DNA of 64,000 nucleotides from a virus: IMG/VR virus record IMGVR_UViG_3300045988_129434; one strand, 5' to 3'. Shown piece by piece: positions 22,572 to 31,382 of this stretch (position 1 is its first letter; each line of letters starts with the position of its first letter). The notes under the pieces were generated by a model. It saw only the letters and a program-made list of their open reading frames with translations, ran no database searches and was not told where the DNA came from. The position numbers and the translations under genes were made by a program.

Positions 22572-24092
22572 ATGAAACTTGCAGGAAGAAGAAAGATATT
22601 AACAGATGAAAAACAAATAACAGAAAAAAATATTATTCCTGTTCTTCAAAAAGCATATTCTAAGCATCGGATAAACGCCTGCGAAATGCAATTTCTTATA
22701 GATTATGAAATTGGTGTGCAGCCATTACCATACCATAAAATTGTGCGCCCAGAAATAAATATCCAAACTACCGACAATATGGCTAACTATGTGACAGAGT
22801 TTAAGAAGGGATATTTTTGGGGGATTCCTCCTATTTATACGCAGAGAGGAAATCAAGAACCGCATGATACAGATGAGGATATAGACAGTTCCGGGATTTC
22901 AGCTTTAAATGAAATGATGCTGAATGGAATTTGCATAGGTGCAGAAAATCAGAAATTAGCAGATTTTGTGGAAAAAACAGGTATAGGGCATAGGTTGATT
23001 GGTGTTAAAACAGAATGGGAAGATGAAAAAATTCAGAGTTCCTATGTAAATGTCAACACTTTGGATTCCAGATTTGCCTTTTGTGTCTATCATAATGGTG
23101 TCGGGCAAAAGAAGGTTTTGGGTGTCACCTATGTTAAAAGTGGGACAAAGAATTTGTTTACCTGTTTTACTGACAAGCAGCGGTTTGAGATTGAGGCAGG
23201 GAAAATTGTAGATATCCGGGCAAATCTGCTGGGCATGATTCCAGTTGTGGAATATGAACGCGCGGTTGATAGGACAGGTTGCTTTGAGCGGCAAATTGAC
23301 CTTATGGACAACCTCAATTCCTTGGTGTCAAGCGTAGCGAATGATGCAGTGCAGCGAACGCAAGAAATCTGGTGGGCGCATAACACGGACTTTCCAGTAA
23401 ACCCAGAAACGGGAGAGGAGGTTACTCCTAAGAGCGGACAATGGGTGAAAACGTATAGCGCAGAAGGGAAAGACGCAAAGATAGCTCCTTTGTCGAGCAC
23501 ATTGGATTCGGCTCCGGTTTTAGAGAATATCACAACGACACGCAATGAGATTTTGAAAAGGTGTTTTGTTCCAATGCAATACTCATCCGAAGGAGGAGGA
23601 AGTACCGGGATAGCCACGGACACTATGTCGGGATGGAACGCTACAGCAGTTGACGCGGCTAGGGAAGAACAGCTTGTACAGGGCGCAGCCAGAGAAGAAC
23701 TAAAATTGATATTGCGGGCAATAAGTTTTGCGTCAACAGATAAATTGCCATCGGATAATCCTTTGAGGAAAATTCATCATACTGATATTAATATCCACTT
23801 CGTCAGACAGAAAAATTATGACTTGAATAGTAAAATAAATGCAAGCGCAGCGGCAGTCAATATAGGCGTACATCCTAGATGGGCGTTACAGATGGGCGGC
23901 GGCGTGTGGCCGGATATTGAGCAAGTATGGCTTGATAGCAAGGATACTATGGAAGCATACCAGAAGTCTTTGTTTGACAAGGATAAGGAAAATGAAGCAC
24001 CAGAACGGCTGACACAGGATGAATCAGACCAGACAGAAAATAGCCCTGGTGTAGATGGGATGCAAACAAATAATTCAAAGCAAATAGTTTAA
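22572..24092 (+). CDS. portal protein (SPP1 gp6-like)
   Basis: about 506 aa; position after TerL; acidic C-terminus; ORF track 22563..24092 with ATG 22572 after GGTGG. Confidence 0.8.
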   Translation: MKLAGRRKILTDEKQITEKNIIPVLQKAYSKHRINACEMQFLIDYEIGVQPLPYHKIVRPEINIQTTDNMANYVTEFKKGYFWGIPPIYTQRGNQEPHDTDEDIDSSGISALNEMMLNGICIGAENQKLADFVEKTGIGHRLIGVKTEWEDEKIQSSYVNVNTLDSRFAFCVYHNGVGQKKVLGVTYVKSGTKNLFTCFTDKQRFEIEAGKIVDIRANLLGMIPVVEYERAVDRTGCFERQIDLMDNLNSLVSSVANDAVQRTQEIWWAHNTDFPVNPETGEEVTPKSGQWVKTYSAEGKDAKIAPLSSTLDSAPVLENITTTRNEILKRCFVPMQYSSEGGGSTGIATDTMSGWNATAVDAAREEQLVQGAAREELKLILRAISFASTDKLPSDNPLRKIHHTDINIHFVRQKNYDLNSKINASAAAVNIGVHPRWALQMGGGVWPDIEQVWLDSKDTMEAYQKSLFDKDKENEAPERLTQDESDQTENSPGVDGMQTNNSKQIV

Positions 24093-24095
24093 TTA

Positions 24096-24119
24096 CAGTC
24101 GGGAAACCGGCTGTTTTTA
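24096..24119 (+). terminator. intrinsic terminator after the portal gene
   Basis: CAGTCGG-GAAA-CCGGCTG hairpin (GNRA loop) plus T5. Confidence 0.6.
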
Positions 24120-24122
24120 TAT

Positions 24123-24170
24123 GCCCCAGAGAAGGGGCTATACAAATATCGCAAACGGTAGAGAAACCGT
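24123..24170 (+). promoter_or_regulatory. twin boxB-like RNA hairpins with identical AGAGAA loops
   Basis: GCCCC-AGAGAA-GGGGC (24123-24138) and ACGGT-AGAGAA-ACCGT (24155-24170). Confidence 0.45.
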
Positions 24171-24227
24171 AAAACGCAAAATAAGGAAGACAGAGAAGTC
24201 TATAATCGCAGAAAGGTAGGAATTTAT

Positions 24228-24824
24228 ATGGCGGAGAACATTGAATCAACAACAATGGCTGAAACTGAAAGTCAGGTCATCGAAACCCCAGGGCATGATA
24301 CACCAACGGTAGAAGAACTGATGGCTGAACTGGCGAAGGAACGGGCAGAAAAGGCTAAATTGAAAAATTCATTTGATACAGCTTCTTCTGAGCTTTCCAA
24401 TGCTAAAAAGCAGTTAAAAGCTAAAATGACAGCCGAGGAACAAGAGGCAGAGGCAAAGAAAGCCGCCGATGAAGCCAAAGATGCCAGAATCCAGGAACTT
24501 GAATCCAAATTCCGAACGATGGACTACAGCAAGCGGTATATGGGAATTGGCATGGATGAAAAGACAGCAGAGTCATTGTCCGAATTAACTGGAGAGTTGA
24601 CTGATACAGATAAGTTTTTCTCTGCTTTAGGAAAATTTGTACAGGCAGTAAAAAAGCAGTCCGGTGAGGATGCACTTCAAACATATTTGAAGGATAACCC
24701 GGATATTAAGGCCGGCAGCGGGGCTACAAGCAAGGATGAGGCCTCTATCCAGTTTGCTACAAATCTGGCATCGCAAAAGGCCGGGCGTGGAATCAATGAA
24801 GATTTATTAAAAAGATTGCTATAA
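24228..24824 (+). CDS. capsid scaffolding protein
   Basis: 198 aa; A/E/K-rich coiled coil; between portal and capsid genes. Confidence 0.75.
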   Translation: MAENIESTTMAETESQVIETPGHDTPTVEELMAELAKERAEKAKLKNSFDTASSELSNAKKQLKAKMTAEEQEAEAKKAADEAKDARIQELESKFRTMDYSKRYMGIGMDEKTAESLSELTGELTDTDKFFSALGKFVQAVKKQSGEDALQTYLKDNPDIKAGSGATSKDEASIQFATNLASQKAGRGINEDLLKRLL

Positions 24825-24837
24825 GGAGGATGAGCAA

Positions 24838-25263
24838 ATGGCAAGAGGAGATATGAAAGTTGATACCTTAACTTATGTTTCCGAGCCCACGATTTTAAAT
24901 CGTAAGGAAAAAGAAGCGATCGCAATGACGATTGATTTTACTAGTGTCACGGATACAAATAAGGTGACAGGAGAAAAAGTGGTGAAGGCTGGAACACCCG
25001 TTGATAAGAACGGTAAGCCGCAGAAAACCACACCGTTTACTGGAGCAGTAGGAATTCTTTATCGGGATACTTATGAATCCAGGCCACAGGGGGCACTTTT
25101 GAAAAAAGCTTACATACATACGAAAAGGGCACAGGACAATAGCGGATGCACATATGATGCAAAACTGGTAGCGGCTTTGGTAAATGCTGGCTGCCGCATT
25201 GTATTTGAGGAACCCGGAGTTGTTGGGACTATTCCAGACGCAGCCAGCGGAGGAGGCGCTTAA
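24838..25263 (+). CDS. head decoration protein (lambda gpD-like), putative
   Basis: 141 aa, immediately before the major capsid gene; KAGTPVDKNGKP..AVGILYRD pattern. Confidence 0.5.
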   Translation: MARGDMKVDTLTYVSEPTILNRKEKEAIAMTIDFTSVTDTNKVTGEKVVKAGTPVDKNGKPQKTTPFTGAVGILYRDTYESRPQGALLKKAYIHTKRAQDNSGCTYDAKLVAALVNAGCRIVFEEPGVVGTIPDAASGGGA

Positions 25264-25271
25264 TAAATTTG

Positions 25272-25321
25272 CCGACTAATAAAATTTGAAGTTAGTTGCT
25301 GACCCCTAAAAGTTTACGGGG
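25272..25321 (+). promoter_or_regulatory. conserved 5' leader RNA motif, copy 1 (before major capsid gene)
   Basis: CGACTA..TAGTTG hairpin, CTGACC, then CCCC..GGGG hairpin, then RBS. Confidence 0.45.
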
Positions 25322-25335
25322 TGGAAAGGAGAAAA

Positions 25336-26403
25336 ATGAAGTTATCTGATGTTTTTACGGCGAAAGCAATCGCCGCTTACATTACAAATGACCCGAGTAG
25401 CAATCTTCCCTATTATGGGGAAGTATTTTTTCCGGCAATTAAAAAGACCGGAGTTGATTTGAAATGGATTAAGATTAGAAAAGGGCTTGGCGTTGCCCTG
25501 AAACCGTCCGCATTTGATTCTATGGCTACCATTCGCACCAGAGGCGGATTTAAGGCAACAAAAGAGCAAATGCCCTTATTTAGGGAGTCGATGCAGATTG
25601 ACGAGACTGACATGCTGGAGATTCAGAGAGCGCAGGATTCCAATGACCCTTATGTCCAGGATGTGCTTAGACACATTTTTGATGATGCAGCAGAATTGAC
25701 CCTTGGCGCTGATATTTCTGCTGAGAAGATGAGAATGAATCTACTGGCACCTATCAATGGCACTATGCAGATTTCTGTTGGAATGGCAGACAACACAATT
25801 TACAACTATAAATATGACGAGGATGGAACATGGAAATCGGAACATTATGTAGAACTGACTGGAACGGATACTTGGGACAAACCAGAAACAGCAAAGCCAT
25901 TGAGTGATATCGCAGAGGGTACCGCATATCTGGCAAATCTTGGTTTTAAACCTAGATTTGCGATGATGACTACGAAAACGTTTAATTATCTGATTGACAA
26001 TGAGCAGATGATGAACGCAATGATTACCGCTTCTGGTGTAAAAAATGCATATCTGGATGCAAAGGGAACTAGGGACTTGTTTGAATTAAAAACAGAGCTT
26101 CAGCTTATCAAAAACGATAAGAGATATACAGATTTTGATGGCACGGACAAGAACTTCTTCCCTGATGATTATGTAACTATTATCGGTGATGGAGTCCTGG
26201 GTAATACATATTACGGCACAACACCAGAGGAAAGAACGCTGCTGGGAGATTCTACAGTAGATGTATCTATCGTGAAGAATGGTATTGCGATTGCAAAGAA
26301 AACAGATTATGGTCCGCCTGTGCTGGTGTCTACCACGGCTTCACAGATTTGTTTGCCATCCTTCGAGGGAATGGATGCTATCTATGTAATCAAAGTGAAA
26401 TAA
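25336..26403 (+). CDS. major capsid protein (lambda gpE-like family)
   Basis: 355 aa; MKLSDVFTAKAIAAYI..YYGEVFFP.. typical of Phage_cap_E; AAGGAG RBS. Confidence 0.85.
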   Translation: MKLSDVFTAKAIAAYITNDPSSNLPYYGEVFFPAIKKTGVDLKWIKIRKGLGVALKPSAFDSMATIRTRGGFKATKEQMPLFRESMQIDETDMLEIQRAQDSNDPYVQDVLRHIFDDAAELTLGADISAEKMRMNLLAPINGTMQISVGMADNTIYNYKYDEDGTWKSEHYVELTGTDTWDKPETAKPLSDIAEGTAYLANLGFKPRFAMMTTKTFNYLIDNEQMMNAMITASGVKNAYLDAKGTRDLFELKTELQLIKNDKRYTDFDGTDKNFFPDDYVTIIGDGVLGNTYYGTTPEERTLLGDSTVDVSIVKNGIAIAKKTDYGPPVLVSTTASQICLPSFEGMDAIYVIKVK

Positions 26404-26416
26404 CGGAGGTCAAGCT

Positions 26417-26680
26417 ATGAAGTATGACCATAAAGTAAAGTTCGGCGGGGTTTTGTACCTCGCCGAAGAAGAAGTTCCAAATGACGAAAAAGAAGAGCAG
26501 ATAATGCCTTTTGATGATACGGATATTGCGTTTGAAGGTTCTGACGAGAAATATACATACGAGGATTTGAGCGCAATGACCGTCAAGGATATAAGAAAGT
26601 TGGCGGAAGATAATGGAATTATGATTACTAAAGTTATTAAAGATGAAGTGATTGGGGAATTTCTTTCCCAACAAATATAA
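26417..26680 (+). CDS. hypothetical protein with Rho-N/SAP-like motif
   Basis: MTVKDIRKLAEDNGI helix-extension-helix-like. Confidence 0.55.
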   Translation: MKYDHKVKFGGVLYLAEEEVPNDEKEEQIMPFDDTDIAFEGSDEKYTYEDLSAMTVKDIRKLAEDNGIMITKVIKDEVIGEFLSQQI

Positions 26681-26686
26681 AGGCAG

Positions 26687-27025
26687 GTGAGCAGAGTGGA
26701 GTTGGAAATACTTCAAGATTTGAAAAATTATTTTGGAGATGATTATGAGGAAGAGCAGGAATCTACTCTGCTCTTTTGCATCAAACGTTCAATAAAATCT
26801 TTTAAAAATAAAAGGAACTATCCTAGCGCTTATCCCCAAATTATGATTGAGAAGGATATGGACAAGTATTATTCTTGTCTCTTGGATTTGTCTTTATATT
26901 GGGCCATAAAACAAGGATATGAATTTCAAGGTTCTCATTCTGAAAATAGTACAAACCGATCTTGGGAAAGTGAATCGGAGATTTATTCTTTGCACAATGT
27001 TATTCCAATAGCAAGAATTTTATAG
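26687..27025 (+). CDS. head-tail connector (gp6-like), putative
   Basis: 112 aa; LEILQDLKNYFGDDYEEEQESTLLFCIKRS pattern; position after the capsid gene. Confidence 0.5.
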   Translation: MSRVELEILQDLKNYFGDDYEEEQESTLLFCIKRSIKSFKNKRNYPSAYPQIMIEKDMDKYYSCLLDLSLYWAIKQGYEFQGSHSENSTNRSWESESEIYSLHNVIPIARIL

Positions 27026-27156
27026 TTTTTGCAGTAAAAGCCGGTGCGTGGTTAAGGTAATTCCCTCCCGCTTTAATCGCAGGGTGCCAACAATGAGTGT
27101 GGTTGGGGAGTTGGCAAAATTAAAAAAGGGAGAGAAGAAAAAGAAGAGGTGTTTAA

Positions 27157-27468
27157 ATGGGATGTGAAAATAATTGCGTGAATGAACACCGATTAAAAAA
27201 AATCGAAGAAGATTTTAAGGAATTTAGAGATAAGAACTCTAAAGATCATAAAGAGTTTTTTAATCGACTGGAAGATGTTGAGAAAGACATGATTTCTTCT
27301 AAAAGCGACAGGGAGCACATTAATGAGAAATTAGACGAAATCAGCGGTAATGTTAAGGTTCTTATGGAAAAACCTGGGAAAAGATATGAAACGATTGCTA
27401 CAAGTGTTTTGACAGGAATAATCGGAGCGTTAATAGGATTTATCGCAAGCGGTGTTTTTCCGATGTAG
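27157..27468 (+). CDS. XhlA-like coiled-coil protein with C-terminal TM anchor
   Basis: HRLKKIEEDFKEF..coiled coil..TSVLTGIIGALIGFIASGVFPM. Confidence 0.5.
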   Translation: MGCENNCVNEHRLKKIEEDFKEFRDKNSKDHKEFFNRLEDVEKDMISSKSDREHINEKLDEISGNVKVLMEKPGKRYETIATSVLTGIIGALIGFIASGVFPM

Positions 27469-27497
27469 CTAGATTCCATTTCAGGGAGGGAAGTGGA

Positions 27498-27749
27498 ATG
27501 GATTTAAAAAGAAATTTTTATAAGGAATTTATAAAAGAAGAAATTGATTTTTATTTGAGGGAGGCAAACTTTGATGAAAGGGAGCGCTCCCTCTTTTTGT
27601 ATAGAAATAGTAAAATTCCATTGGAAGAAGTAGCAGAAAAAATGAATTGTAGCGTTAGCACTATTAACAGAATAAATCGAACGATGAAAACAAAGATCAT
27701 CAAAACAGCACCTAAATATTATAGAGGAATTTCAGAAAATTGGAAATGA
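27498..27749 (+). CDS. small sigma-region-4/HTH-like regulator
   Basis: 83 aa; ERERSLFLYRNSKIPLEEVAEKMNCSVSTINRINRTMKTKI. Confidence 0.5.
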   Translation: MDLKRNFYKEFIKEEIDFYLREANFDERERSLFLYRNSKIPLEEVAEKMNCSVSTINRINRTMKTKIIKTAPKYYRGISENWK

Positions 27750-27843
27750 CATATTGGTGATAGAAATGTGACAGTTTTATGGAATGGTGAATAACGGTCC
27801 CGTCATTTAAAATTAAATCATAAAGACAGGGGAGGAAAACGTT

Positions 27844-28353
27844 ATGCAACCATTTCCGACATATCAAAACTTCGGATATCAGCCACAGTATGGAGGATAT
27901 CAACAGTATAATCCTTTACAACCGCAATATGACAGATTGGCTCAGATGCAGACACAGTATAATCAGCAACAGTTATATAACCAACCTGTTCAGCAGGCTC
28001 AAACTCCTGGTCTGAATGGAGAAATTGTGGATGGCCTGGACGTGGTAAAGGCGAAGAATGTTGACATGAGCGGCCAGCCTACCTTTTATCCAAAATCCGA
28101 TTTGTCAGAAGTATATGTAAAAAGGCTTATGGCAGATGGAACAAGTCAGATTATTACATATAAGGCAGTTCAGCCGGAAGATGAAAAGCAAAAGGAAGAT
28201 CAATCGTATGTTGATATTCAGATGCTTAATTCTATGCTTGGACAAGTTAAAGCAGAGATATTACAGGGAATTGGCGGAGAACTATCTGAGATTAAACAGA
28301 TGATTACACCGATAGAATCTCCTAAAGTGCAGAGGGGAGGTAATCAGAAATGA
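27844..28353 (+). CDS. protein with Q/Y/P-rich (prion-like) N-terminus and globular C-terminal domain
   Basis: MQPFPTYQNFGYQPQYGGYQQYNPLQPQYDRLAQMQTQYNQQQLYNQPVQQAQ.. Confidence 0.65.
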   Translation: MQPFPTYQNFGYQPQYGGYQQYNPLQPQYDRLAQMQTQYNQQQLYNQPVQQAQTPGLNGEIVDGLDVVKAKNVDMSGQPTFYPKSDLSEVYVKRLMADGTSQIITYKAVQPEDEKQKEDQSYVDIQMLNSMLGQVKAEILQGIGGELSEIKQMITPIESPKVQRGGNQK

Positions 28354-28601
28354 TGAATATGCAATTTAACCCGATGCAACTTATGCAAATGATGAAAAAT
28401 GGAGGAAACCCTCGTCAAATGCTTATAAACATGATGAAACAACAGGCCGGAAATAATCCTGTGATGTCAAATGCTTTACAGATGATGGAAAAAGGAGATT
28501 CCAAAGGCTTAGAACAGCTTTGTAGGAATCTTGGGAAAGAAAAGAATGTTGATATAGATCAAATGATGAATCAGATAAAAAATCAGTTTGGAATGAAATA
28601 A
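28350..28601 (+). CDS. Met/Gln/Asn-rich small protein
   Basis: 83 aa; roughly one residue in five is Met (MMNMQFNPMQLMQMMKNGGNPRQMLINMMKQQ..). Confidence 0.6.
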   Translation: MMNMQFNPMQLMQMMKNGGNPRQMLINMMKQQAGNNPVMSNALQMMEKGDSKGLEQLCRNLGKEKNVDIDQMMNQIKNQFGMK

Positions 28602-28680
28602 ATTAAATCGCTACAACAATTAAAAGAGCCGCGGAACTTTTGATTTTGTAAATATAAAAATCAATAAGGAGGTAATCTCT

Positions 28681-29400
28681 ATGATGAGTGAGGGATTATC
28701 AGCGAGTGATGTTGCAGTTTTAACTGGCAACACTAATAACCGTGGCTGTAATGATGGCTTTGGATGGGGCGGAGAATGGATTTGGATTATTCTTCTGTTC
28801 TGCCTGTTCGGCTGGGGAGGCTTCGGCGGAGGCTGGGGTGGAAATGGTGGTGGATTTAATACACCTTCCGCGAATGGTGCTTTAACCAGAGCCGAAATGT
28901 TTGAGGGTTTCCAGGGACAGGGGTTCAACGATCGCCTGACAGGAATCCGTGATGGACAGTTTGGAATCGAACAGTCTTTGTGTAACGGATTTAATGGTGT
29001 GCAGCAGGGATTTAACTCTATTGCAACACAGATGGCAAATTGCTGCTGTGATTTAAAACAGGGGCAGGGCGAAATTTCCTATAATATCGCAATGCAGACC
29101 AATAGCTTACAGAACACCATGAATCAGAACGCAAACGCTCTCCAGAGTCAGCTTTGCAATGGATTTAGAGATGTGATTGATGCACAGAACGCAGGAACAC
29201 AGAGAATCGTTGACCTGATTACTCAGGACAAGATTTCTTCTCTCCAGACTGAACTTCAGTCCGCGCAGCTTCAGCTTGCTAACGCAAATCAGACGACGAA
29301 TATCGTTAATGCTTTACGCAGCCCGGCTCCTATTCCGGCTTATACGGTTCCTAACCCATACGCTTATACAGGGTGCGGATGCGGGACTTGCGGCTGCTAA
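28681..29400 (+). CDS. Gly/Trp-rich membrane protein with Cys-rich C-terminus
   Basis: GFGWGGEWIWIILLFCLFGWGGFGGGWGGNGGGF; repeated LCNGF; ends YTGCGCGTCGC. Confidence 0.65.
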   Translation: MMSEGLSASDVAVLTGNTNNRGCNDGFGWGGEWIWIILLFCLFGWGGFGGGWGGNGGGFNTPSANGALTRAEMFEGFQGQGFNDRLTGIRDGQFGIEQSLCNGFNGVQQGFNSIATQMANCCCDLKQGQGEISYNIAMQTNSLQNTMNQNANALQSQLCNGFRDVIDAQNAGTQRIVDLITQDKISSLQTELQSAQLQLANANQTTNIVNALRSPAPIPAYTVPNPYAYTGCGCGTCGC

Positions 29401-29612
29401 TGAGAAATCAGCAGTTGTTTGATAATCTCCAGATTTATGACACAGTTTTGCAGCTTATGACATTCTTGTGGGCTGCGGACGATGCAAGTAATACTGATAT
29501 TATTGAGGAATTACAGAAACAAAATTCTAAATATCTGGAAACGATTATCAGACAGAACAAAAAAATAATAAGCATGTTGGAAACGCAAAGTTCCATATCT
29601 ACACCTAAGTAG
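29400..29612 (+). CDS. hypothetical protein (70 aa)
   Basis: ATG overlaps the upstream TAA (TAATG). Confidence 0.5.
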   Translation: MRNQQLFDNLQIYDTVLQLMTFLWAADDASNTDIIEELQKQNSKYLETIIRQNKKIISMLETQSSISTPK

Positions 29613-29686
29613 TCTTGCGAAAATAACGAAAAGGGGTAGACGTGGTAAGTTTATCCCTTTTCTTCATTGGAAAGGAGATAAAGAAT

Positions 29687-30106
29687 ATGGCTGAATTTAC
29701 AAGCCCGTTTGTTCAGAGGATAGCGGCTGGGCAGAATGCAGTGTTGTTAGAAGATCCTGTTAAAAGTAGATGTGTAAATCATCGTGCAGGTTCTGGTCTG
29801 GTTTGTGTGGCAAATAGCGGAAACGACTGTAATCCTGCGAGATATAGAGTATATGGAAAGGCAAATATAGCTATTCCAACTGGCGGAACAGTTGGAGCGA
29901 TTTCGCTTGGATTATCATTAAATGGAGAGGTGTTACAGACATCCCTTGCAACGGTTACTCCGGCAGCAGTAGAAAATTTCTTTAATGTCTCTTTTGAAGA
30001 AATTGTTTGCGCTGGGAAGTGCCAGGTAAACTTGGCAATAACCAATCCCAACACCCAGGCAATCGAAGTTGAAAATTTAACGCTTATTGTAGAGCGTGAG
30101 TGCTAG
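29687..30106 (+). CDS. beta-rich protein, possibly BclA-CTD/C1q-like jelly-roll
   Basis: 139 aa; RYRVYGKANIAIPTGGTVGAISLGLSLNGEVLQTS..NLAITNPNTQAIEVENLTLIVER pattern; AAGGAG RBS. Confidence 0.55.
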   Translation: MAEFTSPFVQRIAAGQNAVLLEDPVKSRCVNHRAGSGLVCVANSGNDCNPARYRVYGKANIAIPTGGTVGAISLGLSLNGEVLQTSLATVTPAAVENFFNVSFEEIVCAGKCQVNLAITNPNTQAIEVENLTLIVEREC

Positions 30107-30117
30107 GAGGTGTCGGT

Positions 30118-30882
30118 ATGCATGAATTGATTAAGAAGATTGAAGATATTGCTAAACAGGATATTGAGTGCATGGCAGCGAAGGGGTACGATCACATTGA
30201 TCGGAAATGTTTTGGCGAGGCTGTAGATGTTTTGAAAGATGCTATGCAGATGAAATACTTTGTGGCGGAAACCATGAAAGCTTGTCTGGAAACTGAGTAC
30301 ATGAAGGAGATTAAAATTCCGAACAAAATCCATGAAGGCGAGCTGACAGAGAGAATGTTAGAGGAATACGATTCAAACCCGGATTTTGGAGTGATGGGAA
30401 ATGGTAGATATGGTTATAGAGGACGTGCAGCAAATGGACGGTTTGTCCATCGCTCTGGTCGAGGACGTTCCGCTGGATATACCCCGTATCTTCATATAAT
30501 GCCGGAGATGGATGAGTATGATGGAATGTACGATGAAATCCCTTATCCGATGACTGGCTATCGTATGGGTTATACAAGCGGAAGAAACGGAAACTACAGT
30601 GGAAATATGTCGAATACCGGAGGCGGTTCCGATAATGGCAGATATGGATATGATGGTATGAACAGACCTTCTAGGTACGGTGAATCTTATGATCGTATGT
30701 CCGAGTATAGACGCCACTATACAGAGTCCAAAAATCCAGAGGATAAAAAGCACATGGAGGAATACATGAAACGTTATGCGAAAGATTTCATGGATTCTTT
30801 CAGTGAGGTAAAGGCTGACGCCGACCCGGCTGCATGGCAGGCATTGAAGCAGGATATGGTTAAATTTGTTCAGAGTATGTAA
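30118..30882 (+). CDS. protein with central G/Y/R/M-rich disordered region
   Basis: GNGRYGYRGRAANGRFVHRSGRGRSAGY...GRNGNYSGNMSNTGGGSDNGRYGYDGMNRPSRYG; AGGAGG RBS. Confidence 0.65.
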   Translation: MHELIKKIEDIAKQDIECMAAKGYDHIDRKCFGEAVDVLKDAMQMKYFVAETMKACLETEYMKEIKIPNKIHEGELTERMLEEYDSNPDFGVMGNGRYGYRGRAANGRFVHRSGRGRSAGYTPYLHIMPEMDEYDGMYDEIPYPMTGYRMGYTSGRNGNYSGNMSNTGGGSDNGRYGYDGMNRPSRYGESYDRMSEYRRHYTESKNPEDKKHMEEYMKRYAKDFMDSFSEVKADADPAAWQALKQDMVKFVQSM

Positions 30883-30964
30883 ATAAGGAAACAGAAGGGC
30901 TTGTTGCTTTAGAGCGACAGGCTCTTTTGAATATAAAAAGAAAGATAGAAAGGCAGGAAGAAAA

Positions 30965-31294
30965 ATGATTTTACAGATTAACAAGGGTAACAAAAGGATT
31001 TATCAAGAAGCGGAAAGCATTTCGTTATCTAAGGTGGATTTATCCGAAATACCGAAAATCTCAAAAGATGATTTGTTAGAGGTTTTGAATTTAGAAGTAA
31101 ATCCAGAAAATAAGATGTACTTTGATATGGATGGAATAGCGTCGGATGGAGAAAGACTTAATGCTGAAAAGATGATTAAGGTGGCTGTTCTTTCAGATGG
31201 GGAAATTTCTCATAATAACAAGACGTTGATTTTTTCAGGAAATACAACTATTTATCTTTTGAACAGTAATGGAAAGACGATACAGAAATTTTAA
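30965..31294 (+). CDS. hypothetical protein (109 aa)
   Basis: ORF track. Confidence 0.55.
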   Translation: MILQINKGNKRIYQEAESISLSKVDLSEIPKISKDDLLEVLNLEVNPENKMYFDMDGIASDGERLNAEKMIKVAVLSDGEISHNNKTLIFSGNTTIYLLNSNGKTIQKF

Positions 31295-31382
31295 AGAAGT
31301 ATGAATAAATGAAAAGGGCTGACTTCTTATGAGGGGTTGGCTCTTTTTAATATAAAAAATTCAATATAAAGGAGACAATTTT

